Assembly: GCA_965222605.1 (NCBI GenBank)
Contig: OZ244960.1
Coordinates: 960,001 to 1,024,000 of the forward strand
Source of the DNA: Candidatus Latescibacterota bacterium
Lineage (GTDB): Bacteria > Latescibacterota > UBA2968
Direction of reading: 5' to 3'
Length of the DNA: 64,000 bases
Shown here piece after piece: positions 38,118-48,755 of this stretch; positions within the stretch are counted from its first letter, which is position 1; every line of letters starts with the position of its first letter. The notes beneath the pieces are model-generated. The model ran no database searches and was not told the DNA's origin. It saw only the letters and a list, made by a program, of their open reading frames with translations. Both the position numbers and the translations under genes were made by a program.

Positions 38118-39404
38118 GTGGCAGCATTTTTGAATGACGATCAAGTCCGAGCAATTCGAGCAGAGTTTGGGTCGCCCGTTTACGTTTACGACCAGCGCAC
38201 GCTGGAAGCACAGGCCCAGGCAGTGTTGAACTTCCCCAATGCCTTTGGACTGACCGCGCGCTATGCGATGAAGGCATTGCCCAACAGCACCGTAATTCGC
38301 ATCTTAACGCAAAAGGGATTGCACATCGACGCGAGCAGCGGATATGAAGCCGAGCGCGCCATGCGGGCCGGTGTGCCTGGCCCTCACATCATGCTTACGG
38401 CACAGCAGCTACCAAAAAATTTGAAGCACCTGATCGAACAGGGCGTGATCTTTAATGCGTGTTCCCTGAATCAATTGCGAACATTTGGCGACTTGTTCCC
38501 CGGGCGATCCCTTTCCGTGCGTATCAATCCCGGCATGGGATCTGGGCACAGCAAGCGCACCAATGTGGGCGGACCTGCGGCGAGCTTCGGGATCTGGCAT
38601 GAATATATCTCCGACGTACACAAAATTTGCAAACAGCGCGATTTGACAGTGACAACCATGCACACGCATATTGGATCGGGCAGCGATCCCGAAGTGTGGG
38701 AGCGCGTCGCATTGATGTCATTGAAAATTTGCGTTGGATTTGAAAACGCGACCACATTGAGTTTGGGGGGTGGGTACAAGATTGGGCGCCTGCCGGGTGA
38801 GGTATCGACAGATTTACAGGTAATCGGACAACACATGGCCGAAGCCTTTGAAATGACCGCGGGAAAAACCGGACGCGCGTTGCGTTTGGAAGTAGAACCG
38901 GGGACATATCTGGTCGCAAATGCCGGTGCAATTGTGGCAACGGCAATTGATGTGGTGGATACCGGGAAAGACGGATACAAATTTATCAAAATCGATACCG
39001 GAATGACCGAAGTGATCAGACCGAGCATGTATGGGGCGCAGCACCCCATTTCCGTGGTGCCCGCCGAGGTAGAGAAACGCGGGGTTGACGAATATATTGT
39101 CGTGGGGCATTGTTGTGAAAGCGGCGACGTATTAACCCCTGCGCCCGACGATCCCGAAGGTTTGCAGCCCCGGCTATTGACAAAAACAAAAGTGGGAGAC
39201 GCCGTGGTCATTGGCGGAGCGGGCGCGTATTGTGCGGGCATGTCGTCTAAAAATTACAATTCCTTTCCCGAAGCAGCCGAAGTATTATTGGACAGAGACG
39301 GCGCATTGCACTTAATTCGGAAACGACAAACATTGGACCAGGTCCTGGAAAATGAAATTGTACCAGATTTTTTGAGTACGGGCGGGTTTGAAACCCGCCC
39401 CTGA
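38118..39404 (+). CDS. lysA: Diaminopimelate decarboxylase
   Basis: YAMKA (PLP lysine), HTHIGSG, EPGTY, CESGD and GAYC..MSSKNYN motifs. Confidence 0.9.
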   Translation: MAAFLNDDQVRAIRAEFGSPVYVYDQRTLEAQAQAVLNFPNAFGLTARYAMKALPNSTVIRILTQKGLHIDASSGYEAERAMRAGVPGPHIMLTAQQLPKNLKHLIEQGVIFNACSLNQLRTFGDLFPGRSLSVRINPGMGSGHSKRTNVGGPAASFGIWHEYISDVHKICKQRDLTVTTMHTHIGSGSDPEVWERVALMSLKICVGFENATTLSLGGGYKIGRLPGEVSTDLQVIGQHMAEAFEMTAGKTGRALRLEVEPGTYLVANAGAIVATAIDVVDTGKDGYKFIKIDTGMTEVIRPSMYGAQHPISVVPAEVEKRGVDEYIVVGHCCESGDVLTPAPDDPEGLQPRLLTKTKVGDAVVIGGAGAYCAGMSSKNYNSFPEAAEVLLDRDGALHLIRKRQTLDQVLENEIVPDFLSTGGFETRP

Positions 39405-39414
39405 AAGCTAATCT

Positions 39415-40554
39415 ATGACTTACGATGCAATTATATTGGGTGCCGGGATCAATGGATGCGGCATTGCGCGAGAACTCGCCGAGCGCGGGCAACGGGTGCT
39501 GGTGCTGGACAAGGGAGCAATTGGTGACGGCACATCGTCCAAATCATCTCGGTTGATCCACGGTGGATTGCGCTATTTGGAAACGCGGCAATTTGGACTG
39601 GTGCGAGAGGCTTTAGCTGATCGGTTGGAGCTTTTGGGGCGCTATCCCGAACTGGTCTCAATGCGACCGTTTTATCTGCCAATTTATCGCACGAGTCCAC
39701 GTCCCGTATGGAGGTTGTGGACAGGCATCAAGCTCTACGACGCACTGGCTGGGCGACACAATATCTATCGGTCTCGCAAGATATCGCGAAAACAATTTGC
39801 ACGCGAATTTCCCGCATTAAAGCAAGATGGGATTCGGGCGGTACTGCGCTACTACGACGGCAAGACAAATGATCTGGCACTCACAAAACGCGTGGCAGAA
39901 GACGCGCAAGAACTGGGATGCGTATTTCGCGAAGGGATTGACGCGCAACACCTGACCTGGGATAAAACCGGATTTGCCGTATCGGTCGGGGAAACAAAAT
40001 ACCGCAGTCGCATCCTGATCAATGCAACGGGACCGTGGATTGATGAAGTCACAGCGCGCTATCAGTTGCCATCGCGGTTTCATATCCGCAAAGTGAGCGG
40101 CATTCACATTTTTGCAGATGGACTACTCACCCCCCACCCCATGTTTTTGCAAACCGAAGGCAAGCGCGTCTTTTTTCTTTTACCCGAGCCAGAACGCGAT
40201 CAGACAATGATTGGCACAACCGAGCGCGAAGAGCTTGGACGGGTAGATGACGTGGTGGTTCAAGAGAAAGATATCGATTATTTGATCCGGGAAGTGAATG
40301 CGTATCTGGTTCCAGGCTACCAACTTCAGCGCGCGGATATAACAAATGCCACAGTGGGCATCCGTCCCCTTGTATCCCAAAAAGGCGGTGCAACCGATCT
40401 CTCGCGGGAATACGAACTGGATTTGCACACGCGCGGGCAAACCCAATTGCTCAATATATTTGGCGGAAAGCTAACGACGTACTTATCTCTATCGCGTCGA
40501 GTCGCCAAAACACTTGGCATCAAGGAAATAGCTTCTATCGCGTTGCGGGCTTGA
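39415..40554 (+). CDS. FAD-dependent glycerol-3-phosphate dehydrogenase/oxidase-like protein (short form)
   Basis: GAGING, GTSSKSSRLIHGGLRYL, NATGPW and GGKLTTY motifs. Confidence 0.8.
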   Translation: MTYDAIILGAGINGCGIARELAERGQRVLVLDKGAIGDGTSSKSSRLIHGGLRYLETRQFGLVREALADRLELLGRYPELVSMRPFYLPIYRTSPRPVWRLWTGIKLYDALAGRHNIYRSRKISRKQFAREFPALKQDGIRAVLRYYDGKTNDLALTKRVAEDAQELGCVFREGIDAQHLTWDKTGFAVSVGETKYRSRILINATGPWIDEVTARYQLPSRFHIRKVSGIHIFADGLLTPHPMFLQTEGKRVFFLLPEPERDQTMIGTTEREELGRVDDVVVQEKDIDYLIREVNAYLVPGYQLQRADITNATVGIRPLVSQKGGATDLSREYELDLHTRGQTQLLNIFGGKLTTYLSLSRRVAKTLGIKEIASIALRA

Positions 40555-40555
40555 T

Positions 40556-40585
40556 TGCGGGCGGGCACAGGGGCACCGCCCCTAC
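40556..40585 (-). repeat. GTAG-type REP element
   Basis: Identical to 17627-17656. Confidence 0.7.
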
Positions 40586-40612
40586 GTCTCACCGCTTAAT
40601 CGGAGAAAATAG

Positions 40613-42028
40613 ATGCTGAAAAAATTGGACAACTTCAAAACAGCCGTTCTGCCCGAACGCAAATTTGGATTTTGGCAAATGGCGGGGCCGGGTGCCATCC
40701 TGGTCGGGCTATCCATCGGCGCGGGCGAGATCATTGTGTGGCCTCTTGTAGTCGCTGAATACGGCGCGAGCATGATCTGGGCTGCGGTACTCGGTGTGTT
40801 TTTGCAAATGTGGATCAACTTTGAGGTCGGGCGATGGACAATTGCCACGGGTGAAACGGTATATACGGGATTTGCGCGTGTGTGGCGCGGTTTTGCACCG
40901 CTATTTATTTTGATCACATTATTCTCCTGGATCGCCCCGGGATGGGGCCGCGCCTCGGGATTGGCTCTCAAGGCACTGCTGGTTGGTCCTCATGGATGGG
41001 GATCGGATACATTTTGGACCGTGATTACATTTATCGGAGTCGCACTGATATTGTTTGGCCCCAAGCTCATTTACAATTCAATGGAAAAAGCCGTTGAACT
41101 GATGGTAGCAATTGTCACCATAGGATTAATTATGGTGGCTTTTGCCGTAGGCACGGCGGAAACGTGGGTTGATCTGGGAAAAGGGGTTGTGAACATAGGC
41201 TACAAGGACCCAAATATGTCGGTGAAGGCGTTATTCATCGCCATCGTATTTGCAGGCGCTGGGGGAACGGCAAATTTGTTTTACACCTTTTATTTGCGCG
41301 ACAAACACATCGGCATGGGTGCCCATGTGCCCATCATGCAAAATCCATTGCGGAGCCGCTCAGAAGCCATTCCATCAACCGGATTTGTATTTGAAGAAAC
41401 AGAAGAAAACACAGCGCGGTTCAAGGCGTGGTGGGATTATATAAAAAAGGATCAGATGTTGTTCTTCTGGGGATTAAATTCTATTACGATGATGTTGTTC
41501 ATCTTTGGATCGCTCGCAGTCCTGCACCCCCAGGGCATCGTTCCCGCGCGTGGCACGCTAATTTGGGACGAGGCCGCTATTTTGGGCGAAATTTGGGGTG
41601 ACATAGGCCGCGTGATTTTTCTCCTGGTGGGGCTGGCAACGCTATTTGGCACACAACTCGCCCTCGTAGATGGGGTCGCGCGGTCAATCGCAGACATCGT
41701 ATATACCAATTTTAAGGGCGCGCAAAAACGAGACCTGAGCTGGTGGTATCTCCTCGTCGCGGGAATATGGATTGTGGCCGGATGTGTGATCACTTTTGTG
41801 ATGGAACAATACGGTGTGAGTGAATTGGGCTTTCTGTTTAATGCGGCCTACATGGGCGGATTTGCCATGGCGATTTACGTGCCACTAATGCTGTATATCA
41901 ATTATCGCTATTTGCCAAAAACTGCCCAACCGGGCAAAGGTTGCACCGCGATGATGGTGATTGCATCGCTGGTCTATATAATATTTGCCATAGCCTGTAT
42001 TTTGTGGGAAGTAGGCATTTTGGCTTAA
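40613..42028 (+). CDS. Nramp-superfamily (APC fold) membrane transporter
   Basis: GPGAILVGLSIGAGE, EVGRWTIATGET motifs and about 11 TM segments. Confidence 0.75.
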   Translation: MLKKLDNFKTAVLPERKFGFWQMAGPGAILVGLSIGAGEIIVWPLVVAEYGASMIWAAVLGVFLQMWINFEVGRWTIATGETVYTGFARVWRGFAPLFILITLFSWIAPGWGRASGLALKALLVGPHGWGSDTFWTVITFIGVALILFGPKLIYNSMEKAVELMVAIVTIGLIMVAFAVGTAETWVDLGKGVVNIGYKDPNMSVKALFIAIVFAGAGGTANLFYTFYLRDKHIGMGAHVPIMQNPLRSRSEAIPSTGFVFEETEENTARFKAWWDYIKKDQMLFFWGLNSITMMLFIFGSLAVLHPQGIVPARGTLIWDEAAILGEIWGDIGRVIFLLVGLATLFGTQLALVDGVARSIADIVYTNFKGAQKRDLSWWYLLVAGIWIVAGCVITFVMEQYGVSELGFLFNAAYMGGFAMAIYVPLMLYINYRYLPKTAQPGKGCTAMMVIASLVYIIFAIACILWEVGILA

Positions 42029-42043
42029 AAAAGGAAGAGACCA

Positions 42044-43084
42044 ATGGACAGACGCAAACGCTTCTTCTCGCCTTATGACTCTGTTTTTGCATGGATGCGG
42101 GCGACAAAGTCCAAGCTGGCTTTTGATGGACAGACTGTGGATGATTGGCGTCTGTGGCGTCGAAAATTCCGCGCGCGATTAACAAAAAATCTGGGACCGA
42201 TGCCCGAGCGCGTACCACTTCGGGCAGAAGTGATACGCAGGGACGATATGGGGGATTACGTGCGCGAAAAGATTGCCTTTGATACAGAGCAATTTGCCAG
42301 TGTACCCGCATTTGTACTGGTGCCAAAGGGACTGAAGCCCGGCGAAAAACGTCCCGGGATTCTGGCGGCACACGGTCATGGGATAGGCAAAAATCCACTC
42401 GTGGGTTTGGACGAAGATGAAAAGCCACACGAGGATTATCAGAAGCAGTTGGGTGTCCAACTCGTGCGGCGGGGCTATGTGGTCATCGCGCCGGATTGGC
42501 GCGGATTTGGCGAGCGGATGAGTCCCGAGGATTGGGTCCGTCAAACCCGCGACAAGTGCAACGTAAATTACATGGCAGAAGGGTATCGCGGGTATCACTT
42601 TTTGGCATTGCAAATCTGGGATGGGTTTCGCACACTGGATTACTTACAGGCGCGCCGAGAAGTGGATGAGAAGCGGATTGGCTGTTTGGGCGTGTCATTT
42701 GGCGGCACAATGACGACCTATTTGACGGCTCTGGATCAGCGGATTAAATGCGCGTGTATCAGCGGGTATCTCAGCACATTGCGAGAAGGTGCGATGCCCG
42801 GAAGAGCAAATTTCTGCGGTGCACAATATATGCCTGGATTAATGGCGATCGGCGATATTCCCGATGTTGCGGGTTTGATCGCGCCTCGACCTCTGGTTGT
42901 GGAGATGGGCGAACGAGATCCGGGCTTTCAAATCGCAGATGCTGAACGGGCATTTCGTCATCTATCAAAAATCTATCGCGCGGCAGATGCACGTGATCGG
43001 TTGGTGAAGGACCGATTTGACGGGGTCCACGAATTTAGTGGCCGCAAGTGTTTGGATCTATTTGATAAATATTTGATGGGATAA
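42044..43084 (+). CDS. Alpha/beta hydrolase (acetyl-esterase/dienelactone-hydrolase-like)
   Basis: HGHG, nucleophile elbow GVSFGG, LIAPRPL and DGVHEF motifs. Confidence 0.85.
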   Translation: MDRRKRFFSPYDSVFAWMRATKSKLAFDGQTVDDWRLWRRKFRARLTKNLGPMPERVPLRAEVIRRDDMGDYVREKIAFDTEQFASVPAFVLVPKGLKPGEKRPGILAAHGHGIGKNPLVGLDEDEKPHEDYQKQLGVQLVRRGYVVIAPDWRGFGERMSPEDWVRQTRDKCNVNYMAEGYRGYHFLALQIWDGFRTLDYLQARREVDEKRIGCLGVSFGGTMTTYLTALDQRIKCACISGYLSTLREGAMPGRANFCGAQYMPGLMAIGDIPDVAGLIAPRPLVVEMGERDPGFQIADAERAFRHLSKIYRAADARDRLVKDRFDGVHEFSGRKCLDLFDKYLMG

Positions 43085-43132
43085 GACGGCGTATCGCTGC
43101 TTTCTTCCCAATTGATTCACCTGGAGATCTTT

Positions 43133-44278
43133 ATGCCCAGAGAGCCAGAAGCATCGTGGGAAAATGGGATTCGCAGCGTGCGCCGCGATGAAATGGGGCG
43201 TTTGTGTCAGCTACTCGACAACGTATTTTTCGACGGGCTGTCAAATATGCAACCACACGCCTTCAATGACGATAATATGCACAATTTGCGCGTGGTCGTG
43301 GAAAACGGCGAAGTAGTATCGCACATCGGCACAATTCGGCGGAACATATCCATTATGGGATGCACACTCCGCGTAGCGTCTCTGGGAGGGGTGGCGACTT
43401 ACGAAGCCCATCGGGGCAAGGGCCATGCTACGGCACTCCTGCGAGATACCATGCGCCACTGCCGTAAAGATAGCGTAGATTATATCATGGTATCGGGCTA
43501 TCGCAACATGTACCACCGATATGGATGTCGATATGTGGGGCGAGACTGGATATTTCACATCGCACGTGAGCAAGCGGGCGATTTTGACGATACAGCCTGG
43601 ACGATAACACCAGCATCAAAAACGGATGTCGAAACGATTGGATCCATTTATCGGCGCGAACCCGTGCGCTGGTTGCGCCCGCCTTCGGACATCGCCTTTG
43701 GCATAGAGGGATGGGTGCAGAACCGCCCGGCAAAAACCTATCTGATCCATCGGGGTGATCAACCCGTTGCTTTTGGAGTCATGCAGCAAGCGAGCGAGCG
43801 AGATGCAGGGCAAGTATATTTGCTCGATTACGCAGGTGAGCGGTCTGCAATCGTCGGCGCATTGGGCAAGTTTATCGAAAAGTTGAATCGGCTATCATTG
43901 CACGTCAAGGGATTCGACACCGTATTGCGCGGCCTGCTTGAGGCGCGCGGTTTAACAGGTGAGCCTGCCAATCTACCCGGCACGACGATGATCATTCATT
44001 TCGAACAGTTGCTCGAAAAAATGCGTCCTTATTTTGTCGAGCGCGTCGGAGAACACGCCGCCCATGGGCTGGTATTTCGGGAAGACGGTGACGAATATCA
44101 CATCTATTACGGAGGCGACCGCGTAGTGGCTGAAAGCCGCGGTGCAGCGGCACAACTGATTTTTGGAACCCAGGAAGAAACTGAGAACGCGATGTTGGAT
44201 ACCGGCGGACGCGCCGGTGAAGTCTTGCGCGCCTGCCTGCCGATTCCGGGGGTTTGGTACGGAGTGAATCATCTTTGA
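43133..44278 (+). CDS. Eis-like GNAT acetyltransferase
   Basis: LGGVATYEAHRGKGHATALL acetyl-CoA motif and multi-domain length. Confidence 0.8.
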   Translation: MPREPEASWENGIRSVRRDEMGRLCQLLDNVFFDGLSNMQPHAFNDDNMHNLRVVVENGEVVSHIGTIRRNISIMGCTLRVASLGGVATYEAHRGKGHATALLRDTMRHCRKDSVDYIMVSGYRNMYHRYGCRYVGRDWIFHIAREQAGDFDDTAWTITPASKTDVETIGSIYRREPVRWLRPPSDIAFGIEGWVQNRPAKTYLIHRGDQPVAFGVMQQASERDAGQVYLLDYAGERSAIVGALGKFIEKLNRLSLHVKGFDTVLRGLLEARGLTGEPANLPGTTMIIHFEQLLEKMRPYFVERVGEHAAHGLVFREDGDEYHIYYGGDRVVAESRGAAAQLIFGTQEETENAMLDTGGRAGEVLRACLPIPGVWYGVNHL

Positions 44279-44490
44279 GTAGCCCAATAGCTAATCCGCA
44301 TCTCAAACTCTATTTTATCTTGCTATCTTATATTGTGTGCCTTATAATTACGGGGTTTGCAATCTTTTGAATTAGGAATTAGTATTGTGCTTGGCCTTTT
44401 GCTGATAGAGACATGAACGGTGTTATCCCGCTTCATGTTCGCTCCAGTCGTCGTTTCTAATTTTTAATTTTCATTTGTAAGGATATTTTT

Positions 44491-44916
44491 ATGACAGCTC
44501 CAGATGGTGATTCCACAGACATACTTTATGAGCAAGTCCTCGATTATGCGCGTCGTGAAATTGAAGACGCACTGGCTATGATGGACGAATTGCGCCAATC
44601 GATTCGTCAGATAGAAGCCCGGGTCGAAGCCGCCAAATCGATTTATAACGCCGTTACCGCGAGATTGAACCTGGAAGATGAACTCGCCGAAGAAATACAA
44701 CTGGGAACCCTATCCAATCTACCGCCTGTTGAACCACTCAAAGTAGAGTCAGAACCGCCGCCACCATCCGAGCCTCCCGAACCGGCAGAACCCGTGGCGC
44801 ACGATGAGGCCAAAGTGGGGCCAGAATCTCCATCTGAACAAGCAGATGATGATCCAGTGCTCTCTGAAGCCGAGCGTGCGCTGATCAGTGAGCATCTGCG
44901 ATCAAAGCGCAAATGA
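44491..44916 (+). CDS. Hypothetical acidic protein (coiled coil plus Pro/Glu-rich tail)
   Basis: RBS AAGGA, heptad N-terminal half and EPPPPSEPPEP tail. Confidence 0.6.
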   Translation: MTAPDGDSTDILYEQVLDYARREIEDALAMMDELRQSIRQIEARVEAAKSIYNAVTARLNLEDELAEEIQLGTLSNLPPVEPLKVESEPPPPSEPPEPAEPVAHDEAKVGPESPSEQADDDPVLSEAERALISEHLRSKRK

Positions 44917-45038
44917 TAAGTACCCATATACCTATCATTTCAACAGAACAGGGCTTCGCATCTTGCAGAACTCCCTGTTCTTTGTATTTTAGGGGATGGC
45001 TTTTAGAAAATGCAAACACGCCAATCGAAGGAATTTTT

Positions 45039-46481
45039 ATGAGCATGTGTGACACGGAGAAATCCGTTGACGAGATGGACGCCCGAGAACGGGCACGCTA
45101 TATTGACGACCTGACGCCCAGGGGTGGTTTATATACCGAAGTACAGCGCGAAGTACATCCGCAGTCGAACAGTTCGTGGCGCGTATCGCCCGACCCGTGG
45201 TGGCTGCCGCCCCCGGTCCTATCACACCTTGAGGCATTGGGGCAACATCTCTATCAGTTTTACAAAGCACTGAATCTATTGTATTCGCAAAGTATAAGAG
45301 GTATTCAACCCACATGGGTCGCGCGGTATCTGGATCAGGGCAAATCGGAAGAAGTGATCAAATTTGGGCAAATGAGCAGATTCAAAAGCCATGTGCCCCT
45401 CGTGATTCGGCCCGATGTGATACCCACGCGGGCGGGAATGATTGCGACAGAATTGGATTCCGTACCCGGTGGAATTGGATTTACGGCAAGCCTGGCCGAG
45501 CGATATGCCAAACTCGGCGATCAAATTGTGGGCGGCGCAAATGGGATGGTCACTGGATTTGCACAGATGATCCGCGGCGTTGCCGGCACAGACGCGCCTG
45601 TTTTGGGCGTGGTGGTCTCGGAAGAAGCATCGGCTTATCGCCCCGAAATGGCGTACTTGGGCGACCGGCTGAATGCCGCTGGTCTGGAAACTTATGTCAT
45701 TGGACCAGAAGAACTGTCTTTTGTCGAAGATGGACTATTTGTCGATGGCGCACATGGTCGCCGACGCATAGACGTGATATACAGATTTTTTGAATTATTC
45801 GATTTGCGGAACCTGCCCCAAATCGATTTAATTTTATACGCGGTACGCAAAGGACTCGTCAAGCTCACGCCCCCCTTAAAGGCGTATCACGAAGAAAAGA
45901 TGATGATGGCACTATTTCACCATCCCTTGCTATCGGATTTCTGGCATCAACACCTGGGCAAAAAATCCGTGGCCTTTTTGCAGCAAACCTTTCCCAAAAC
46001 GTGGATCTTAGACCCCGCGCCTTTGCCTCCCCATGGCGTTATTGCGGGATTGGAAATCGCCGGTCAATCCTTTTCCGATTGGCATGCGCTGGGGCACCTG
46101 GGGCAAAAACACCGGCAACTGGTCATCAAGCCCTCGGGATATTCTGAAATGGCCTGGGGCAGTCGCGGCGTGGCCATTGGGCACGACATGGCCGAACAAG
46201 ATTGGCAAGGCGTGATTGACGAATCACTACGCGCTTTTGAGCAAACGCCCCACATCATGCAGGAATTTCACAACGGCGCGACTTTTTCTGTGTCGTATTA
46301 CGATTACGAAACCGATCAAATCGAAACATTCAGAGGTCGGGTGCGATTGCAGCCCTATTATTTTGTCATTAAAGACAAAGCAGTACTTTCGGGCTTACAG
46401 GCGACGGTCTGTCCCGCAGACAAAAAAATATTACACGGAATGGTCGATGCAGTGGTGGTACCTGGCGCGGTTAAAAAGTGA
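45039..46481 (+). CDS. ATP-grasp (glutathionylspermidine synthase/circularly permuted type) ligase-like protein
   Basis: IRPD..., TELDSVPGG, IYRFFE, VIKPSG..AWGSRGV and IMQEF motifs. ATG 45039 follows GAAGGA. Confidence 0.65.
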   Translation: MSMCDTEKSVDEMDARERARYIDDLTPRGGLYTEVQREVHPQSNSSWRVSPDPWWLPPPVLSHLEALGQHLYQFYKALNLLYSQSIRGIQPTWVARYLDQGKSEEVIKFGQMSRFKSHVPLVIRPDVIPTRAGMIATELDSVPGGIGFTASLAERYAKLGDQIVGGANGMVTGFAQMIRGVAGTDAPVLGVVVSEEASAYRPEMAYLGDRLNAAGLETYVIGPEELSFVEDGLFVDGAHGRRRIDVIYRFFELFDLRNLPQIDLILYAVRKGLVKLTPPLKAYHEEKMMMALFHHPLLSDFWHQHLGKKSVAFLQQTFPKTWILDPAPLPPHGVIAGLEIAGQSFSDWHALGHLGQKHRQLVIKPSGYSEMAWGSRGVAIGHDMAEQDWQGVIDESLRAFEQTPHIMQEFHNGATFSVSYYDYETDQIETFRGRVRLQPYYFVIKDKAVLSGLQATVCPADKKILHGMVDAVVVPGAVKK

Positions 46482-46496
46482 GCGAGGATAAAAAAC

Positions 46497-47327
46497 ATGA
46501 CACTTGATGAAAAACTCTCACAGCTAAATGCTTTGCTCAAAGAAATGAGCAGTGTGGTTGTGGCATTTTCGGGCGGGGTTGATAGCGCGTTTTTGGCCAC
46601 AGCAGCTCATCGGGTTCTGGGGGACCACGCGCTGGCAGTAACTGCGGTCTCCGCGAGTTATGCTTCTGGCGAACTCGAAAAAGCGCAAGCACTGGCCGAG
46701 CAAATTGGCATTCAACTCGATGTCGTCTATACAAAAGAAATGGAAAATCCCGATTACGTAAAAAACGATCCCGATCGGTGTTTTCACTGCAAAAGCGCGT
46801 TGGCCGACAAGCTGGACGAGGTAATCAAACACTATTCAGGACAGTTCGAGTATTTACTTTACGGCGCAATAGCCGACGATGTTGGCGACTATCGCCCGGG
46901 TATGGCTGCCGCCGAATCTCGAGGTATTCGCGCACCGATGGTCGAATTGGGATTCACCAAAGACGACGTCAGAACATTATCAAAGCGATGGCACCTGCCC
47001 ACCTGGGATATGCCTGCATCGGCGTGTTTGTCTTCTCGAATACCCTATGGCACAGCCGTCACAGAGGAAGCATTGCATAAAATTGATCGCGCCGAACAAT
47101 TTTTGAAAGCGCGTGGATTTGCGCAAGTGCGCGTTCGGCATCACGAAGACATTGCCCGAATTGAAGTTCCACCTGAAGATCTGACGCGGTTTTTTCAGGA
47201 TGGTGAAAACGAGGCAGTGGCTCAGGCACTCAAAAATATCGGGTATCGCTATGTCACCCTGGACCTTCAGGGATATCGCACGGGCAGCTTAAATGAAGCG
47301 TTATTAAAAATAGAGACGAAGGACTAA
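46497..47327 (+). CDS. larE: ATP-dependent sulfur transferase LarE
   Basis: PP-loop SGGVDS, RCFHCK, DYRPG, ACLSSRIPYG and GYRTGSLN motifs. Confidence 0.9.
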   Translation: MTLDEKLSQLNALLKEMSSVVVAFSGGVDSAFLATAAHRVLGDHALAVTAVSASYASGELEKAQALAEQIGIQLDVVYTKEMENPDYVKNDPDRCFHCKSALADKLDEVIKHYSGQFEYLLYGAIADDVGDYRPGMAAAESRGIRAPMVELGFTKDDVRTLSKRWHLPTWDMPASACLSSRIPYGTAVTEEALHKIDRAEQFLKARGFAQVRVRHHEDIARIEVPPEDLTRFFQDGENEAVAQALKNIGYRYVTLDLQGYRTGSLNEALLKIETKD

Positions 47328-47337
47328 ACTGATAAAT

Positions 47338-47874
47338 ATGGCCTTACTCGAAATAAAAAAATTCGGTTGTCCAACGCTCAGAAAAAAAGCAACGCCCGTT
47401 CAAGATGTAACCGATGAAGTGCGGCAACTTGTTGAGGACATGTTCGAAACAATGTATGAGGCAGAAGGCGTTGGCCTTGCAGCGCAGCAGGTGGGCTTTA
47501 CAGAGCGACTTCTGGTACTGGATGTGCGCCCGCGCGATCCCATGTCGGAACCTCTGGCATTTATCAACCCGGAAATTTTATGGGCAGAGGGTGAATGTGT
47601 TGGCGAAGAAGGTTGTTTGAGCCTGACGGAAATTGTTGGAGATGTCAAACGCCCGGCACAGGTGCGGGTGCGCGCGCTCAATGAGAATGAAAGTGTATTT
47701 GAGATGACGCTGGATGGCATTGCCGCCAAAGCACTTCAGCACGAAATTGATCACCTGGATGGCGTGCTCATCCTCGAACATTTCAATGCGATCAAGCGCA
47801 ATTTGTTGCGCGGTCAATTGCGCAAACTACAGCGCGAAGGCAAAAAACAGGCACCGGGATTGGCATACGTATAG
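47338..47874 (+). CDS. def: Peptide deformylase
   Basis: GVGLAAQQVG, EGCLS and QHEIDHLDG motifs. Confidence 0.97.
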   Translation: MALLEIKKFGCPTLRKKATPVQDVTDEVRQLVEDMFETMYEAEGVGLAAQQVGFTERLLVLDVRPRDPMSEPLAFINPEILWAEGECVGEEGCLSLTEIVGDVKRPAQVRVRALNENESVFEMTLDGIAAKALQHEIDHLDGVLILEHFNAIKRNLLRGQLRKLQREGKKQAPGLAYV

Positions 47875-47894
47875 CCCTGACCACTGACTTTCCT

Positions 47895-48728
47895 ATGGCA
47901 TCTTATATTGATTTGCACCTGCATTCGACGCAATCGGATGGCTCTTTCTCTCCAACACAGGTTGTTCAGCGAGCGGCCAAATTGGGATTATCGGCCATCA
48001 GCCTGACGGATCACGATTCGGTTGCTGGCGTGCAAGAGGCTCAGAATATCGGTCGGGATATCGGTGTAGAAGTAATTCCCGGCACCGAGTTGAGTGCGCA
48101 TGAAGCCGACATAGACCTCCACATTTTGGGCTATTTTATCGACCCTGCAAATTCGGATTTGCTGGCGTATCTGCAGAAATTTCAAGATGCGCGGCGCAAT
48201 CGCGCTAAAAAAATAGTGGCCCGACTCAATCGCCTGGGGGTGCGGATCACGATGGCACATGTGTTACACAAAGCAGGCGATGCTGCTATCGGACGTCCCC
48301 ATGTAGCGGACGTGCTGGTCGAAGAGGGATTTGTCTTTTCTCACGATCATGCATTCCAAAAATATCTGGGATATGGCAAACCAGCGTACCAGCCCAAATT
48401 TGTATTGACGCCGCGCGAAGCGGTAGAAATAATTCACGCGGCGGGAGGGTTGGCCAGTCTGGCACATCCCGTTTTGTACCGCCGCGACGCTCTGATTCCC
48501 GACCTGATCAAACAGGGATTAGACGGTATAGAAGTGATGCATGTCAAACACAACCGCGCGGATGTGCGTCGCTATTCGGATATGGCAAAACACTATGGCT
48601 TGCTCACAACGGGCGGATCAGATTGCCACGGCGATGGTCGCGGTCAAGCCGTGATGGGAACAGTTCAGGTCCCTTCAACATTTTTGGATGCGATGAAAAA
48701 AAGTGTAGGTGCCCATCCATTGTTGTAG
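47895..48728 (+). CDS. PHP domain phosphoesterase (TrpH/YciV-like)
   Basis: DLHLHSTQSDG, TDHD, GRPH, LAHP and GGSDCHG motifs. Confidence 0.9.
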   Translation: MASYIDLHLHSTQSDGSFSPTQVVQRAAKLGLSAISLTDHDSVAGVQEAQNIGRDIGVEVIPGTELSAHEADIDLHILGYFIDPANSDLLAYLQKFQDARRNRAKKIVARLNRLGVRITMAHVLHKAGDAAIGRPHVADVLVEEGFVFSHDHAFQKYLGYGKPAYQPKFVLTPREAVEIIHAAGGLASLAHPVLYRRDALIPDLIKQGLDGIEVMHVKHNRADVRRYSDMAKHYGLLTTGGSDCHGDGRGQAVMGTVQVPSTFLDAMKKSVGAHPLL

Positions 48729-48755
48729 AAGTTCACTCCCTCAATATTTTTCGAT

